A stretch of DNA of 63,923 nt, filler included. It is 8 parts of 8 records of this genome, joined end to end, with 100 filler letters (N's around TTAATTAATTAA, not from the genome) between each part and the next. Parts side by side here need not be neighbours in the genome. Positions count along the whole stretch, not along the records: positions 21,471 to 32,493 come from SRR31156797_22654; positions 32,594 to 39,092 come from SRR31156797_22669; positions 39,193 to 45,098 come from SRR31156797_22689; 5 more parts are not named here. One strand, given 5' to 3'. This document shows, in pieces, positions 30,068 through 39,582 of the stretch. Both the position numbers and the translations under genes were made by a program. Each line of letters begins with the position of its first letter. Position 1 is the stretch's first letter. The notes below the pieces were generated by a model. The model had not been told where the DNA came from. It searched no databases and was given only the letters and a program-made list of their open reading frames with translations.

Positions 30068-30999
30068 GAGTTTGTTAAAAGCTGAAGTGCTACTTTTTTG
30101 TCTTTCTGTAACTGCTCCACCAAGGCATCAATTCCATTAAATTTTTGTTCCTCTCTGATTTTGGCAATAAAAGTTAGTGTTAGGTTTTTATGGTAAATAT
30201 CTTCTGTAAAATCAAAAATGTTCACTTCAATGCTTCGGTTATCGGCGTTGTTATTAAAAGTTGGGCGCATTCCAATATTTAGCATGCCTTTGTATTTTTT
30301 TCCTTCTTTTTCGATAAAAACAGCATAAACTCCGTAACCCGGGATAATTTTATACTTGTCTGAAGCTTCAATATTAGCCGTTGGAAAGCCTAGTTTTCGT
30401 CCCAATTGTTTTCCTGTTACAACTGTTCCATGGAGCGTAAATGAATAACCTAAATATTGGTTGGCTTTTTTAATCTCACCGGCTTCAAGCGCCATCCTTA
30501 TTTTTGTAGAGCTTACCTTTTCTGCTTCTACCGATAGCGCATCGGTTTTTTGAACACAGAAATCATATTTCTCCGCACACTTTTGCAGATACTCGTACCC
30601 CCCTTCACGGTTTTTGCCAAAACGGTGATCGTAACCAATAACCAGGCATTTTGTGCCCATTTTATCCACCAGTATACTTTTTACAAATTCAGAATAACTT
30701 AGTTCCGAAAACGCTTGATTAAACGGATAAATTACCAGATGATCGATCCCAAAGTCTTCAAACAGTTTAATTTTTTCTTCTTTGGTAGTTAAAAGGCGAA
30801 GGTTTGTTTCGTTAGGTGAAGTAACAATTCGGGGATGAGGGTAAAAGGTAAATATTACAGTTTCACCATTTACCGCTTTAGCAAGTTGTTGTAATTGGCG
30901 AATAACCATCTGATGTCCTTTGTGCAGTCCATCAAACGTTCCAATGGTAACAACTGGATTTTGGGCTTTAAAGATGTCTAATGTATAGTGTACTTTCAC
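30064..30999 (-). CDS. ribF: Bifunctional riboflavin kinase/FAD synthetase
   Basis: GTFDGLHKGH, GYDHRFG, SSTKIR, GRKLGFPTAN. Confidence 0.96.
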   Translation of the reverse strand: MKVHYTLDIFKAQNPVVTIGTFDGLHKGHQMVIRQLQQLAKAVNGETVIFTFYPHPRIVTSPNETNLRLLTTKEEKIKLFEDFGIDHLVIYPFNQAFSELSYSEFVKSILVDKMGTKCLVIGYDHRFGKNREGGYEYLQKCAEKYDFCVQKTDALSVEAEKVSSTKIRMALEAGEIKKANQYLGYSFTLHGTVVTGKQLGRKLGFPTANIEASDKYKIIPGYGVYAVFIEKEGKKYKGMLNIGMRPTFNNNADNRSIEVNIFDFTEDIYHKNLTLTFIAKIREEQKFNGIDALVEQLQKDKKVALQLLTNS

Positions 31000-31305
31000 G
31001 TTTTTTCTTCTTCCGGTAATTTTGCTACAAACCTATTGATTTTTTTAAACCTATTAAAGGATGTTGTGGTCAAGTATTGTTATCAGGTAACAATTAAGCA
31101 TTGTAAAAAAAGAAGTTGCCCCGCAAATATATTTTCTTTATCTGTAAATACCTCCTGTTTTGCGAATGGCTGACTTTGATATTGTTTATTATCAGATAAA
31201 TATGGGGTTTGTTGTTGCCCAAATAAATTAAAAAGTGTTATTTTCTTGTAATGCTATTTTTGATGTACCCAAAAATGTTAATTTTACGCCCTTTAAACGA
31301 AAAAC

Positions 31306-32463
31306 ATGAGGTACAGAGTTTTATTTTTTATTACAGCAATCGCACTTGTTTTTAGCGCTTGTAAAAAGGACAAAGATTTTACGATTAAAGGAAAAATTAC
31401 CCATGCAGAGGGGAAAACTATTGTTTTAGAAGAATTACATACCTCATCGCTTAAAAAAATTGCCGAAGCAAAAATTGGCAAAAACGGTGAGTTTAAAATT
31501 AAAGGGGCAACAGGTATTCCTACTTTCTATTTGTTAAAATTGACTGATCAGAATTTTATTACCCTTTTGGTTGATTCTGCAGAAACCGTTAACATCTCTG
31601 CTGATGCGGCTAATATGCACCGAAAATATACGATTAGCGGATCTCCCGGATCGGCACAAGTAAAGTTGTTGGATTCGAAATTGAAAGAGACACGTCATAT
31701 GTTAGATTCTTTACAATCGTTGCATAATCTGTACGAAGGGAATCCGGATTACGACAAGATTCGTCCCAAATGGGCAACTGAATATGACCGAATAGTAGAA
31801 GAACAGGTGGAATTTTCGACGAAATTTGTACGCGAGAATCCTTTCTCAATGGCCAGTGTTTTGGCCTTGTATCAAAAGTTTAACACCCAGGATCAATTTT
31901 ATATTGTACGAGATTTGCAGGTGATGAAAACAGCTGCTTCGGCATTAAATTCTATATATCCTAATTCTGAACAGGTACAAGCACTTTATAACAATGCGCT
32001 ACAGTTTGTAAAACAGCAACAATCTGAAAAGATGAAGAAATTCATTGAAGAGCAAGGAAACAATAGCCCCGATATTGTTTTACCCGATGAAGATGGTAAA
32101 GAGGTGGCTCTTTCGTCTCTCTACGGGAAGGTTGTATTGTTACAATTCTGGTCGGCAGTTGATCGTGGTTCACGCATTCAAAATTCGGTTTTGGTTGAAG
32201 CCTATAAAAAATACAAAAGAAAAGGTTTTGAAATTTACCAGGTTAGTGTGGATCAAAACCGTGCCGAGTGGGTAGATGCCATAGACAAGGACAAGTTAGA
32301 CTGGATAAATGTTGGCGATATGGAAGGAAGTGTACTGGCATCAAGAGTATATAATGTTCAATCCATTCCGTTTAACTACCTGCTTGATAAAGAAGGCAAA
32401 ATTGTGGCCAGGAATTTACAGGGACCTGCGTTGGATAAAGCCTTGTCGCAGCTTTTGGACTAA
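31306..32463 (+). CDS. DUF4369/TlpA-type redoxin lipoprotein lacking the CxxC motif
   Basis: Lipobox FSAC; LSSLYGKVVLLQFWSAVD, GFEIYQVSVD, IPFNYLLD. Confidence 0.8.
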   Translation: MRYRVLFFITAIALVFSACKKDKDFTIKGKITHAEGKTIVLEELHTSSLKKIAEAKIGKNGEFKIKGATGIPTFYLLKLTDQNFITLLVDSAETVNISADAANMHRKYTISGSPGSAQVKLLDSKLKETRHMLDSLQSLHNLYEGNPDYDKIRPKWATEYDRIVEEQVEFSTKFVRENPFSMASVLALYQKFNTQDQFYIVRDLQVMKTAASALNSIYPNSEQVQALYNNALQFVKQQQSEKMKKFIEEQGNNSPDIVLPDEDGKEVALSSLYGKVVLLQFWSAVDRGSRIQNSVLVEAYKKYKRKGFEIYQVSVDQNRAEWVDAIDKDKLDWINVGDMEGSVLASRVYNVQSIPFNYLLDKEGKIVARNLQGPALDKALSQLLD

Positions 32464-32493
32464 AGGAAAAAAAGAAAAGATTGACTGCAAAAG

Positions 32494-32593
32494 NNNNNNN
32501 NNNNNNNNNNNNNNNNNNNNNNNNNNNNNNNNNNNNNTTAATTAATTAANNNNNNNNNNNNNNNNNNNNNNNNNNNNNNNNNNNNNNNNNNNN
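32494..32593. other. Artificial contig-joining spacer
   Basis: N-run with TTAATTAATTAA. Confidence 0.98.
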
Positions 32594-32922
32594 AAAAGCC
32601 AGCTCATCTCATCCTTGAGGTTGCGAAAATTGTGCAGGTGAATGTACCGGCACAGCCTGTCAAGGCGGATGGTCTCTTTGGGGCTTCCATTCCTTTGGAA
32701 GAGCCGGGCCGGGCTGATCCGGTTCAAGTTTTTATCCCGGGCCCTCAGGAGCGCTTCGTAGCCGACAATTCGTTTGTGGGCCAGGCTGAAGATGGGTTGC
32801 AGGGCGGTATGGAGACGGGCATGGTCCAGGCGACCTGTGAGGTAGCTGCCCTTTTCACGGGTCCATGGGGCCAGGGCCGTAAGATTCAGAATCTCTGGGG
32901 GGGGTATATATCGCAATGTCAA
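32594..32922 (-). CDS. EAL-domain protein, 5' fragment
   Basis: LQPIFS, GYEALLR, SPARLF, LDRLCR; start position uncertain. Confidence 0.8.
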
Positions 32923-33190
32923 TCCTGTAAACGTATGGGGTTTATCCTGCAGGCCCCTGGGAAAACCTCCTGTGTTTCACCCAGGGACGGCTTTTTGTCA
33001 AAAAAACGGTAACAATGAATGCAACTTCTGCGCCAAAGGGGGAAGACGTGGAAACAAGGGGCGGGGAGGAAATTAAAAAAGACGATTTTGTAATATGGGT
33101 GAGGATTAATAACATTATTGTTGTATTGCTGTTCCGGGATCATCTGCTGATCCCTCGGGTTTCCCGGCCCCGTGGCGGATCGGATGGGGA

Positions 33191-33206
33191 TGGCATCCAA
33201 ATTGCT
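33191..33206 (+). promoter_or_regulatory. Sigma54 (-24/-12) promoter
   Basis: TGGCATCCAAATTGCT has exact GG-N10-GC spacing, about 40 nt upstream of the ATG at 33248. Confidence 0.8.
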
Positions 33207-33247
33207 ATTGGTATCCCCATGATCAACATCAACAAAAGGATGAAGCT

Positions 33248-34042
33248 ATGGCATTGGGGTTCTTCAGTCACAGGGGCGCGGTCGGGCAGGCAGATTATCT
33301 TCAACCCATCAAAGAGATGCTGGAACGGACGTGGGATCTGTCACGGGTGTTTCCAGTGCCGGCGGATCCTGCCCAGGCGGACGGCATCGGGGTTTTCAAC
33401 CTTTTCTTCCGGAAACTCAATGGGATCGTTGCCAGCATCCTGAAGCGTGTTGTGGCGTTATCCGCCATGGCGCCCGGCCTGTTCCGGTTCTCCACGGAGT
33501 TCCGGAACCGGTGCCTGGAACAGGAAAAGATGATCGGCAACATCTCGAGGGCCGGGGTGAGCATGGCCACCTCGGTGGGGAAGATCGCCGGGAACACGGA
33601 GACCCTGGCCGCGGATTCGGAAAGCATGGCAGAGCAGGTCCGGGAGGCCCTGGCCCTGGATCCCGGCATCCGTACCATGGCCCGGGCGACCCAAGAGACG
33701 GCCCTGGCCGGGTATCTCGAACAATACGGGTTCATTGAGCTTGGCTACATCACGGACGGCAGGGGCCGGCAGGTCACGCGAAATGTCTATGCCGGAACCA
33801 CGATTCGTCCAGGCGGGGCCGAAGAGGGATATGGACGGGACTGGTCCGCAAAAGAGTGGTTCCGGGAACCGGCACGTAACGGCGGCACCTTTATTTCAAA
33901 GGTGTACCGCTCTTCCGCCACCGATCGGTTCTGCTTTACGGTATCGGTGCCCCTGGTTGATACAAACGGGGCGCTTTCCGGTGTGCTTGCCATCGACATC
34001 AACTTTGAGGACATTTTAACTGTGAAGGCCAAAGCCTCGTGA
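33248..34042 (+). CDS. Cytoplasmic chemoreceptor-like protein with C-terminal PDC/Cache sensor, lacking the MCP signalling hairpin
   Basis: HAMP-like start (DLSRVF..FNLFF), short MCP-like helix, then FIELGYITD, DWSAKEWF, SKVYRSSAT, CFTVSVP, GVLAIDI. Confidence 0.7.
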   Translation: MALGFFSHRGAVGQADYLQPIKEMLERTWDLSRVFPVPADPAQADGIGVFNLFFRKLNGIVASILKRVVALSAMAPGLFRFSTEFRNRCLEQEKMIGNISRAGVSMATSVGKIAGNTETLAADSESMAEQVREALALDPGIRTMARATQETALAGYLEQYGFIELGYITDGRGRQVTRNVYAGTTIRPGGAEEGYGRDWSAKEWFREPARNGGTFISKVYRSSATDRFCFTVSVPLVDTNGALSGVLAIDINFEDILTVKAKAS

Positions 34043-34152
34043 TGGGATCCGCAAGCCTGCATCTGGAAATCGGTCAATTTCTCTCTTATCCCGGGTGAAT
34101 TCCGAAGCCCCCTGGTGGCGGTCAACCATTTTGGCCCGGCCCGGGCGGTGAC

Positions 34153-35262
34153 TCAGGTGATGATGCCCTTGTAGAGGAAGACCGTGTAGGAAAGGGCCAG
34201 GACCGCGCCCATGAGCTTGGGAAGGCGCCCCAGGATTGCGGTGAAGAGAAAAAGCGTGGCCCCCGCTCCCATGATGATGCCGGTCCCGAGTTGAAACGTG
34301 CCGGGGATGGTGATGGGGGCGGCAATGGCATAGAGGCCGATGCAGAGGGGCACGCAGATGTGGCAGTCCCCGATCTGGGAGGAGTAGGCAATGTCCGAGC
34401 GCCCCTTGGCCGAGTAGTAGAAGGCGAGCATGGCATTGGGCACCACCATGAGAAGACCGCTCAACAGTCCCAGGTTCTCCCGTGAGATGAATCCGCTGCC
34501 CTTTTCCGTGACCCAGGTCACAAGCCCGTCGGTGCTGTAAACCGTGGCCCAGGCGCACAGGCCCGCCACAATGAAATCTCCGATGACGGACGGCACGATG
34601 GTGCGGTTTTTCCGCACATTGTTTTTCATCACGTCAAACACATGGAACACCTGCCAGAACAGGAAGAGACCCGTGAGGATCATGCCGTCGGAAGCGTTCA
34701 GGCTGCCGTCCATTGCAAGCACCCATACGGCCCCGGTAAAGAAGATCATGGCGATGAGGGAAAGGAGCAGGGACAGGTAGTTGATCTTTGCCTCGGTCTT
34801 CTTTTCTTTCTCTTTCTCCTTTGTCGAGGTCCATCGGTTCCCCTTGGGTTTCTTCTCCTCTTTTTTTTTCCTGCCGGCGATGTTGAGGCCGCAGAACATG
34901 GTGGGCAATCCCAGGACCAGGGTGAGGTTGGTCACGTTGTTGACGATGCAGTTCTCGAGCACCAGGCTGCCGCCCCCCTTGCTGCCGGCCATGACAAGGG
35001 CAAAGGCCAGGTTGGCAAAGCCCGAGCAGTAGGGCATGACGATGGTGCCCACCATGGTGCCTTCAAATCCCTTTTCCTCCACGGCGTTGAGCCGCCAGAT
35101 CATGATCAGGGAGGAGGCCATGAAGATAAACAGGAGCAGGAACGGTCCCGGGGTGAGATCCAGGTCCGGCATCCGGTCCAGGGCCGGCAGATCGATCTGC
35201 ACCCGGGGAAGGGCCTTTTCCAGGCTTTCAATCATCCCTGCCATTTGTCCTAGTAGATTCAC
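34153..35262 (-). CDS. CaCA-family (sodium:calcium antiporter-like) membrane protein
   Basis: About 10 TM helices in two repeats; degenerate alpha-repeats (PYCSGFAN..NNVTN; VPNA..SSQIGD). Confidence 0.7.
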   Translation of the reverse strand: MNLLGQMAGMIESLEKALPRVQIDLPALDRMPDLDLTPGPFLLLFIFMASSLIMIWRLNAVEEKGFEGTMVGTIVMPYCSGFANLAFALVMAGSKGGGSLVLENCIVNNVTNLTLVLGLPTMFCGLNIAGRKKKEEKKPKGNRWTSTKEKEKEKKTEAKINYLSLLLSLIAMIFFTGAVWVLAMDGSLNASDGMILTGLFLFWQVFHVFDVMKNNVRKNRTIVPSVIGDFIVAGLCAWATVYSTDGLVTWVTEKGSGFISRENLGLLSGLLMVVPNAMLAFYYSAKGRSDIAYSSQIGDCHICVPLCIGLYAIAAPITIPGTFQLGTGIIMGAGATLFLFTAILGRLPKLMGAVLALSYTVFLYKGIIT

Positions 35263-35435
35263 TTCACTATCCTAAACTTGGTTTACTCGATATTCTTTTA
35301 GTTGACGACTAAATAATGGAAATATCGTTGTCCTGCAACTGAAAATATTTTTTATATCGTTTCGATCTTCCTGTGATACAAGGCTTTTTACCCGGCCATC
35401 GGCCTGTTTCTTCCCGGTTTTACCTGAAAATTACC

Positions 35436-35472
35436 TTGACAAGAGCGGGGCTTGTAAGTAAGTCCTACTTAC
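35436..35472 (+). promoter_or_regulatory. Promoter with overlapping TetR-type palindromic operator
   Basis: TTGACA at 35436-35441; gtaagta-agtcc-tacttac inverted repeat (35454-35472) over the -10 region upstream of tetR. Confidence 0.7.
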
Positions 35473-35531
35473 CACGTTGTTGTCTAAAGGGAACAACTCT
35501 TTTTTTACAGAACAAGATAAGCAGGAAGTGA

Positions 35532-36125
35532 ATGGCCAAACAAAAGAAGGGATCGCCACCGGGCCGGATCAAGATCATGAAGGCCCTGGCGGAGTTGATG
35601 AAGAAAAAGGATTTCCATTCCATCACGACATCGGGGATCGCGGCCGAAGCCGGGGTGACGGAGGGGCTGATCTATAAGTATTTCAAGGATAAGAAGGATC
35701 TTTTATACGAGGTGCTGAAACAGCATTTTGAGGCGTTTCAGGAGAAGATTGTCGCGACCATCCAGGGGGAGAGTTCAAGCCTGGACAAGCTGGCTCTTAT
35801 CATCCGGTGCAGCATCGAGAGCTATGCCGCCAACCGGGTGTTTGCCAGGATTTTACTGCTTGAGGTGAGAAGTTCCCCGGATTATTTCAAGTGTGCGGCC
35901 TATGACATGGTGAAACGCTATGCCGGGACCATCCTTGAGATCATCCGCCAGGGCCAGAACGACGGCGAGATCAGCAGGGACGTGGATCCCTATCTGTTCC
36001 GGCAGGTGATCCTGGGCGCCATCGAGCATGCCTGTTTAAAAGAGGTTATTTTTGGTTCAAAGATCGACACGGACCTTGTTTCAGAGCGAGTCAGCAGAAT
36101 ACTGTTCAAAGGAGTTCAATCGTAA
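35532..36125 (+). CDS. TetR/AcrR family transcriptional regulator
   Basis: IAAEAGVTEGLIYKYFKDKKDL helix-turn-helix. Confidence 0.93.
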   Translation: MAKQKKGSPPGRIKIMKALAELMKKKDFHSITTSGIAAEAGVTEGLIYKYFKDKKDLLYEVLKQHFEAFQEKIVATIQGESSSLDKLALIIRCSIESYAANRVFARILLLEVRSSPDYFKCAAYDMVKRYAGTILEIIRQGQNDGEISRDVDPYLFRQVILGAIEHACLKEVIFGSKIDTDLVSERVSRILFKGVQS

Positions 36126-36179
36126 ATCAAATTTAAACTGACCCGGGGGTCGATTCCCGGGGTTCCATGGAGATTTTTT

Positions 36180-38372
36180 ATGAGTCGTGTTGTTGAAGCA
36201 ACGAAGATGGTTGAGGAGGCCCTGGTTTCAGGGGCGGATGCGCTGTTGGAAGATGATGCAAAAACAATTTTGAATCTTTTTGGAATCCCGGTGGTCAAGG
36301 AACAACGGGTCGAGAGTGCGGATGAAGCCGTTGACGCGGCGGTTGAGATGGGGTTTCCCGTGGTGTTAAAGGCCATGGGCGGTTCCTTGACCCACAAGAC
36401 TGAGCTGGGGCTGGTGCGGGTGGGCCTTGCCGGAGAAGCCGAGGTGCGGGAAGCGGCCGAGGCCTTGGCGGAGATTGCCGGGGACCGGCTCGACGCCCTG
36501 CTGGTCCAGCCCATGGTCAAGGGAAAGCGGGAGCTTGTGGCGGGCATGTTCAGGGATCCCCAGTTCGGGCCGGTGATCATGTTCGGGCTTGGGGGCGTTT
36601 TTACCGAGGCCCTGGATGACGTGGTGTTCCGGATCGCTCCCCTGCGGGACTATGACATGGACCAGATGATGGCGGAGCTCTCTTCAAGGAAACTGTTGGG
36701 CAACTTCAGGGGGGAGGAAGCCGCAAGCAAGTCCCTCATCAAGGCGGTTCTCAAGGGGCTTTCCGATATTGCCGAGGCCCTTCCCAAGGTGCGGGAGATC
36801 GATATCAACCCCTTGATTATTACTGCCGACGGCGACCTTTCCGCGGTGGATGCCCTCATGGTGGTGGGCGAAGTGCCGGAACCCGCCTACGCACGGCCCA
36901 AGGTCGATCCCAAGGTGCTGGGGGAGCTGTTCTATCCCAATTCGGTGGCCTTTGTGGGGGCGTCGGGCACCCTTGGCAAGTGGGGCCACATGCTGCTGAC
37001 CAACACCTTGAACGGCGACTATAAGGGGGAGGTCTATCTGGTCAATCCCAGGGGCGGTACCATTGTCGGCAAACCGGCCTACCGGTCCGTGTCCGAAATC
37101 GAGGGGCCGGTGGACCTGGCCGTTGTGACCGTCCCGGCCCGCATGGTGCCGGGCCTGATCCCGGAATTCAAGGCCAAGGGCATCCGGGGCATGCTGCTGA
37201 TCACCTCTGGATTCGGCGAAATCGGGCCGGATGGCGTGGCAGTCGAGAGACAGCTGGTGAAGGAGGCCTCCAAGGCCGGCATCATCATCCTGGGCCCCAA
37301 CACCATGGGCATCTGCAACCCCCACAAGGGGTTCTTCTGCAGCGGCGCCCATGTTCATCCCATGCCCGGCTCAACCACCCTGGTCTGCCAGTCCGGCAAC
37401 ATGGGCACCCAGCTTCTGGCCTTTGCCAGCCAGCAGGAGATCGGTATCCGGGCCTTTTCAGGCTCGGGCAACGAGGCCATGGTCACCATCGAGGATTACA
37501 TGGAGGCCTTTGAGGTGGATGAACTCACCCGGACCGTGGTGCTCTATCTCGAGAGCGTCAAGGAAGGGCGGCGGTTCTTTGAGAGCGCGGCACGGGTTTC
37601 CACAAAAAAACCGGTGGTGGTCCTGAGCGGGGGCCGCACCGAGGCCGGTGGCAAGGCCGCGGCAAGCCATACCGGCGCCCTTGCCTCCGATGCCAAGGTG
37701 CTGAGCGCGGCCTGCAAACAGGCCGGTGTGATCCAGGTGGACCAGCCCATGGAGCTTTTGGATCTATCCGCCGTGTTTTCCTCCCTTCCCCTGCCAAAGG
37801 GCAACCGGGTGGCCATCATGACCCTCGGGGGCGGCTGGGGCGTGGTCACGGCGGATCTGTGCAATGACAACGGCCTGGTGGTGCCGACCCTGTCCACCAA
37901 CATCACGGAGCGCCTGGATACCATGCTGCCCCCCTACTGGAGCCGGGCCAATCCCCTGGACATCGTGGGGGAGAACGATCCCCAGATTCCCCGGGTCACC
38001 GTGGAGGAGCTGTTGAAGTGGGACGGGTGCGATGCCGTGATCCATCTTGGCATCCACGGCCGACGGGTCTTTGTGGAGCAGATGGTGAATTCCATCGATG
38101 CCGTGGACCCCGGTTATTCACGGGAACAGCTGGACCAGATCCGGGACGCCCTGTTCCGGGCGGAGGACGATTATGTGGATCATGTGGTGCGGCTCACCGA
38201 GCAATATGAGAAACCGGTGCTTGGGGTGAGCCTGTTGACCGATCACAAGAGCCGCACCCTTTACAGGGTTGGCGGCTGTAAATACAAGGGGGTCTTTTTT
38301 CCCTCACCCGAGCGTGCGGTCAAGGCCCTGGCGGGCATGTACCGGTATGCGGAGTGGCTTGGGTCCCATTGA
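36180..38372 (+). CDS. ADP-forming acetate/acyl-CoA ligase (fused beta-alpha ACD)
   Basis: N-terminal ATP-grasp (HKTELG, DPQFGP, DINP), CoA-binding domain (GPNTMG, QSGN), phospho-His in ASHTGAL, NPLD. Confidence 0.92.
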   Translation: MSRVVEATKMVEEALVSGADALLEDDAKTILNLFGIPVVKEQRVESADEAVDAAVEMGFPVVLKAMGGSLTHKTELGLVRVGLAGEAEVREAAEALAEIAGDRLDALLVQPMVKGKRELVAGMFRDPQFGPVIMFGLGGVFTEALDDVVFRIAPLRDYDMDQMMAELSSRKLLGNFRGEEAASKSLIKAVLKGLSDIAEALPKVREIDINPLIITADGDLSAVDALMVVGEVPEPAYARPKVDPKVLGELFYPNSVAFVGASGTLGKWGHMLLTNTLNGDYKGEVYLVNPRGGTIVGKPAYRSVSEIEGPVDLAVVTVPARMVPGLIPEFKAKGIRGMLLITSGFGEIGPDGVAVERQLVKEASKAGIIILGPNTMGICNPHKGFFCSGAHVHPMPGSTTLVCQSGNMGTQLLAFASQQEIGIRAFSGSGNEAMVTIEDYMEAFEVDELTRTVVLYLESVKEGRRFFESAARVSTKKPVVVLSGGRTEAGGKAAASHTGALASDAKVLSAACKQAGVIQVDQPMELLDLSAVFSSLPLPKGNRVAIMTLGGGWGVVTADLCNDNGLVVPTLSTNITERLDTMLPPYWSRANPLDIVGENDPQIPRVTVEELLKWDGCDAVIHLGIHGRRVFVEQMVNSIDAVDPGYSREQLDQIRDALFRAEDDYVDHVVRLTEQYEKPVLGVSLLTDHKSRTLYRVGGCKYKGVFFPSPERAVKALAGMYRYAEWLGSH

Positions 38373-38439
38373 TGGAACAAGGCAAGGCCCCGCTGGTGGA
38401 AACCATCGGGGTAAAGCCGTAATATCAAGGAGGATCGGC

Positions 38440-38922
38440 ATGAAAAGGTTGTTTTTGTTGGTGTGTGCGGTGCTGGTGTGTGTGGTGATGGGGTCGTGTT
38501 CGGGCAAGGTGGCTGAAACCGCGTTTGTTTCCGATACCGCCGGGAAGACCATCCTGATCGCCGGGGATGCAAGCGCGTTCAAGGATGCCATCCGCAACCG
38601 GCTCATAGACGCCTACCGGCCGGTGGCCAATATCCGGGTGGTCAACGTGGGGGATCTCAAAACGGCGGATGTCGGGGCTGTGGACGCGGTGGTGATCATG
38701 GATACCTGCCTTGCCATGGCAGGCCTCAATCCGTCCATGAAGTCTTTCATGAAGCTGCCGGAGAACCGGAAAAAGACCGTCCTGTTCATGACCGCCGGGG
38801 ATCCGGACTGGACCTACAGTTACCAGGAGGTGGACGCCATCACCTCGGCCTCGGAGATCGAGCAGCAGGAGCGGGTGTTCATACGGATCGCGGCGGAACT
38901 GGACCGGATTCTAAAGTCCTGA
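38440..38922 (+). CDS. Hypothetical lipoprotein, flavodoxin-like fold
   Basis: AGGAGG RBS, lipobox MGSC, alpha/beta pattern (ILIAG, DAVVIMD, VLFMTAG). Confidence 0.6.
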   Translation: MKRLFLLVCAVLVCVVMGSCSGKVAETAFVSDTAGKTILIAGDASAFKDAIRNRLIDAYRPVANIRVVNVGDLKTADVGAVDAVVIMDTCLAMAGLNPSMKSFMKLPENRKKTVLFMTAGDPDWTYSYQEVDAITSASEIEQQERVFIRIAAELDRILKS

Positions 38923-38993
38923 ACCGGGGACGGCGCGTTGCCTGGGCGAGCTCGAACCGGGTGATGGCTCTCTGATGACCGGACAACGATAAT

Positions 38994-39092
38994 TAGCTAT
39001 GACCCCAAATGGTTCTGGGTGGTGGGTGCTTCAAGATCAATTAACAATACGCTGAGCCCGACCCCAATAAGCTAATAAGCTAGGCCTGACCC
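38994..39092. repeat. Short dispersed GACCCC-type repeats plus tandem aataagct at the contig end
   Basis: tagctatgacccc, tgagcccgacccc, taggcctgaccc; aataagct x2. Confidence 0.45.
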
Positions 39093-39192
39093 NNNNNNNN
39101 NNNNNNNNNNNNNNNNNNNNNNNNNNNNNNNNNNNNTTAATTAATTAANNNNNNNNNNNNNNNNNNNNNNNNNNNNNNNNNNNNNNNNNNNN
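39093..39192. other. Artificial contig-joining spacer
   Basis: N-run with TTAATTAATTAA. Confidence 0.98.
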
Positions 39193-39193
39193 A

Positions 39194-39571
39194 CCCGGCG
39201 GCCAGAGCGTCAACACGACCGATTCCGCGGTTCGCATTACTCACCTGCCTACAGGTCTGGTTGTAACCTGTCAGGATGAAAAGTCACAACACAAGAATAA
39301 AGCCAAGGCCCTGAAAGTTTTGCGGGCCCGCCTTCTCGACGCCCAGGTTGAGGAGCAGCAGCGCCAGATAAGCGAGGAAAGGCGCGGCCAGGTGGGCACA
39401 GGGGATAGAAGTGAAAGGGTCAGGACCTATAATTTCCCCCAGGGAAGAATGACCGATCACCGGGTCGGACTGACGCTTTATCGCCTTGAATCCATTATGG
39501 AAGGCGATATCGAGGAAATTATAGAAGGTTTAGGCACTCATTTTCAGGCTGAAGCTCTTAAAGCCATTTAA
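39194..39571 (+). CDS. prfA: Peptide chain release factor 1, 3' fragment
   Basis: [47 protein letters not shown]; followed by prmC. Confidence 0.95.
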   Translation, partial: PGGQSVNTTDSAVRITHLPTGLVVTCQDEKSQHKNKAKALKVLRARLLDAQVEEQQRQISEERRGQVGTGDRSERVRTYNFPQGRMTDHRVGLTLYRLESIMEGDIEEIIEGLGTHFQAEALKAI

Positions 39572-39582
39572 CGGAAGACGCA

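Noticed and set aside
32923-33247. Possible c-di-GMP riboswitch between the EAL and chemoreceptor-like genes
   Set aside because: No GGCAAA..GAAA..GACGCAAA pattern; the region is better explained by the sigma54 promoter.
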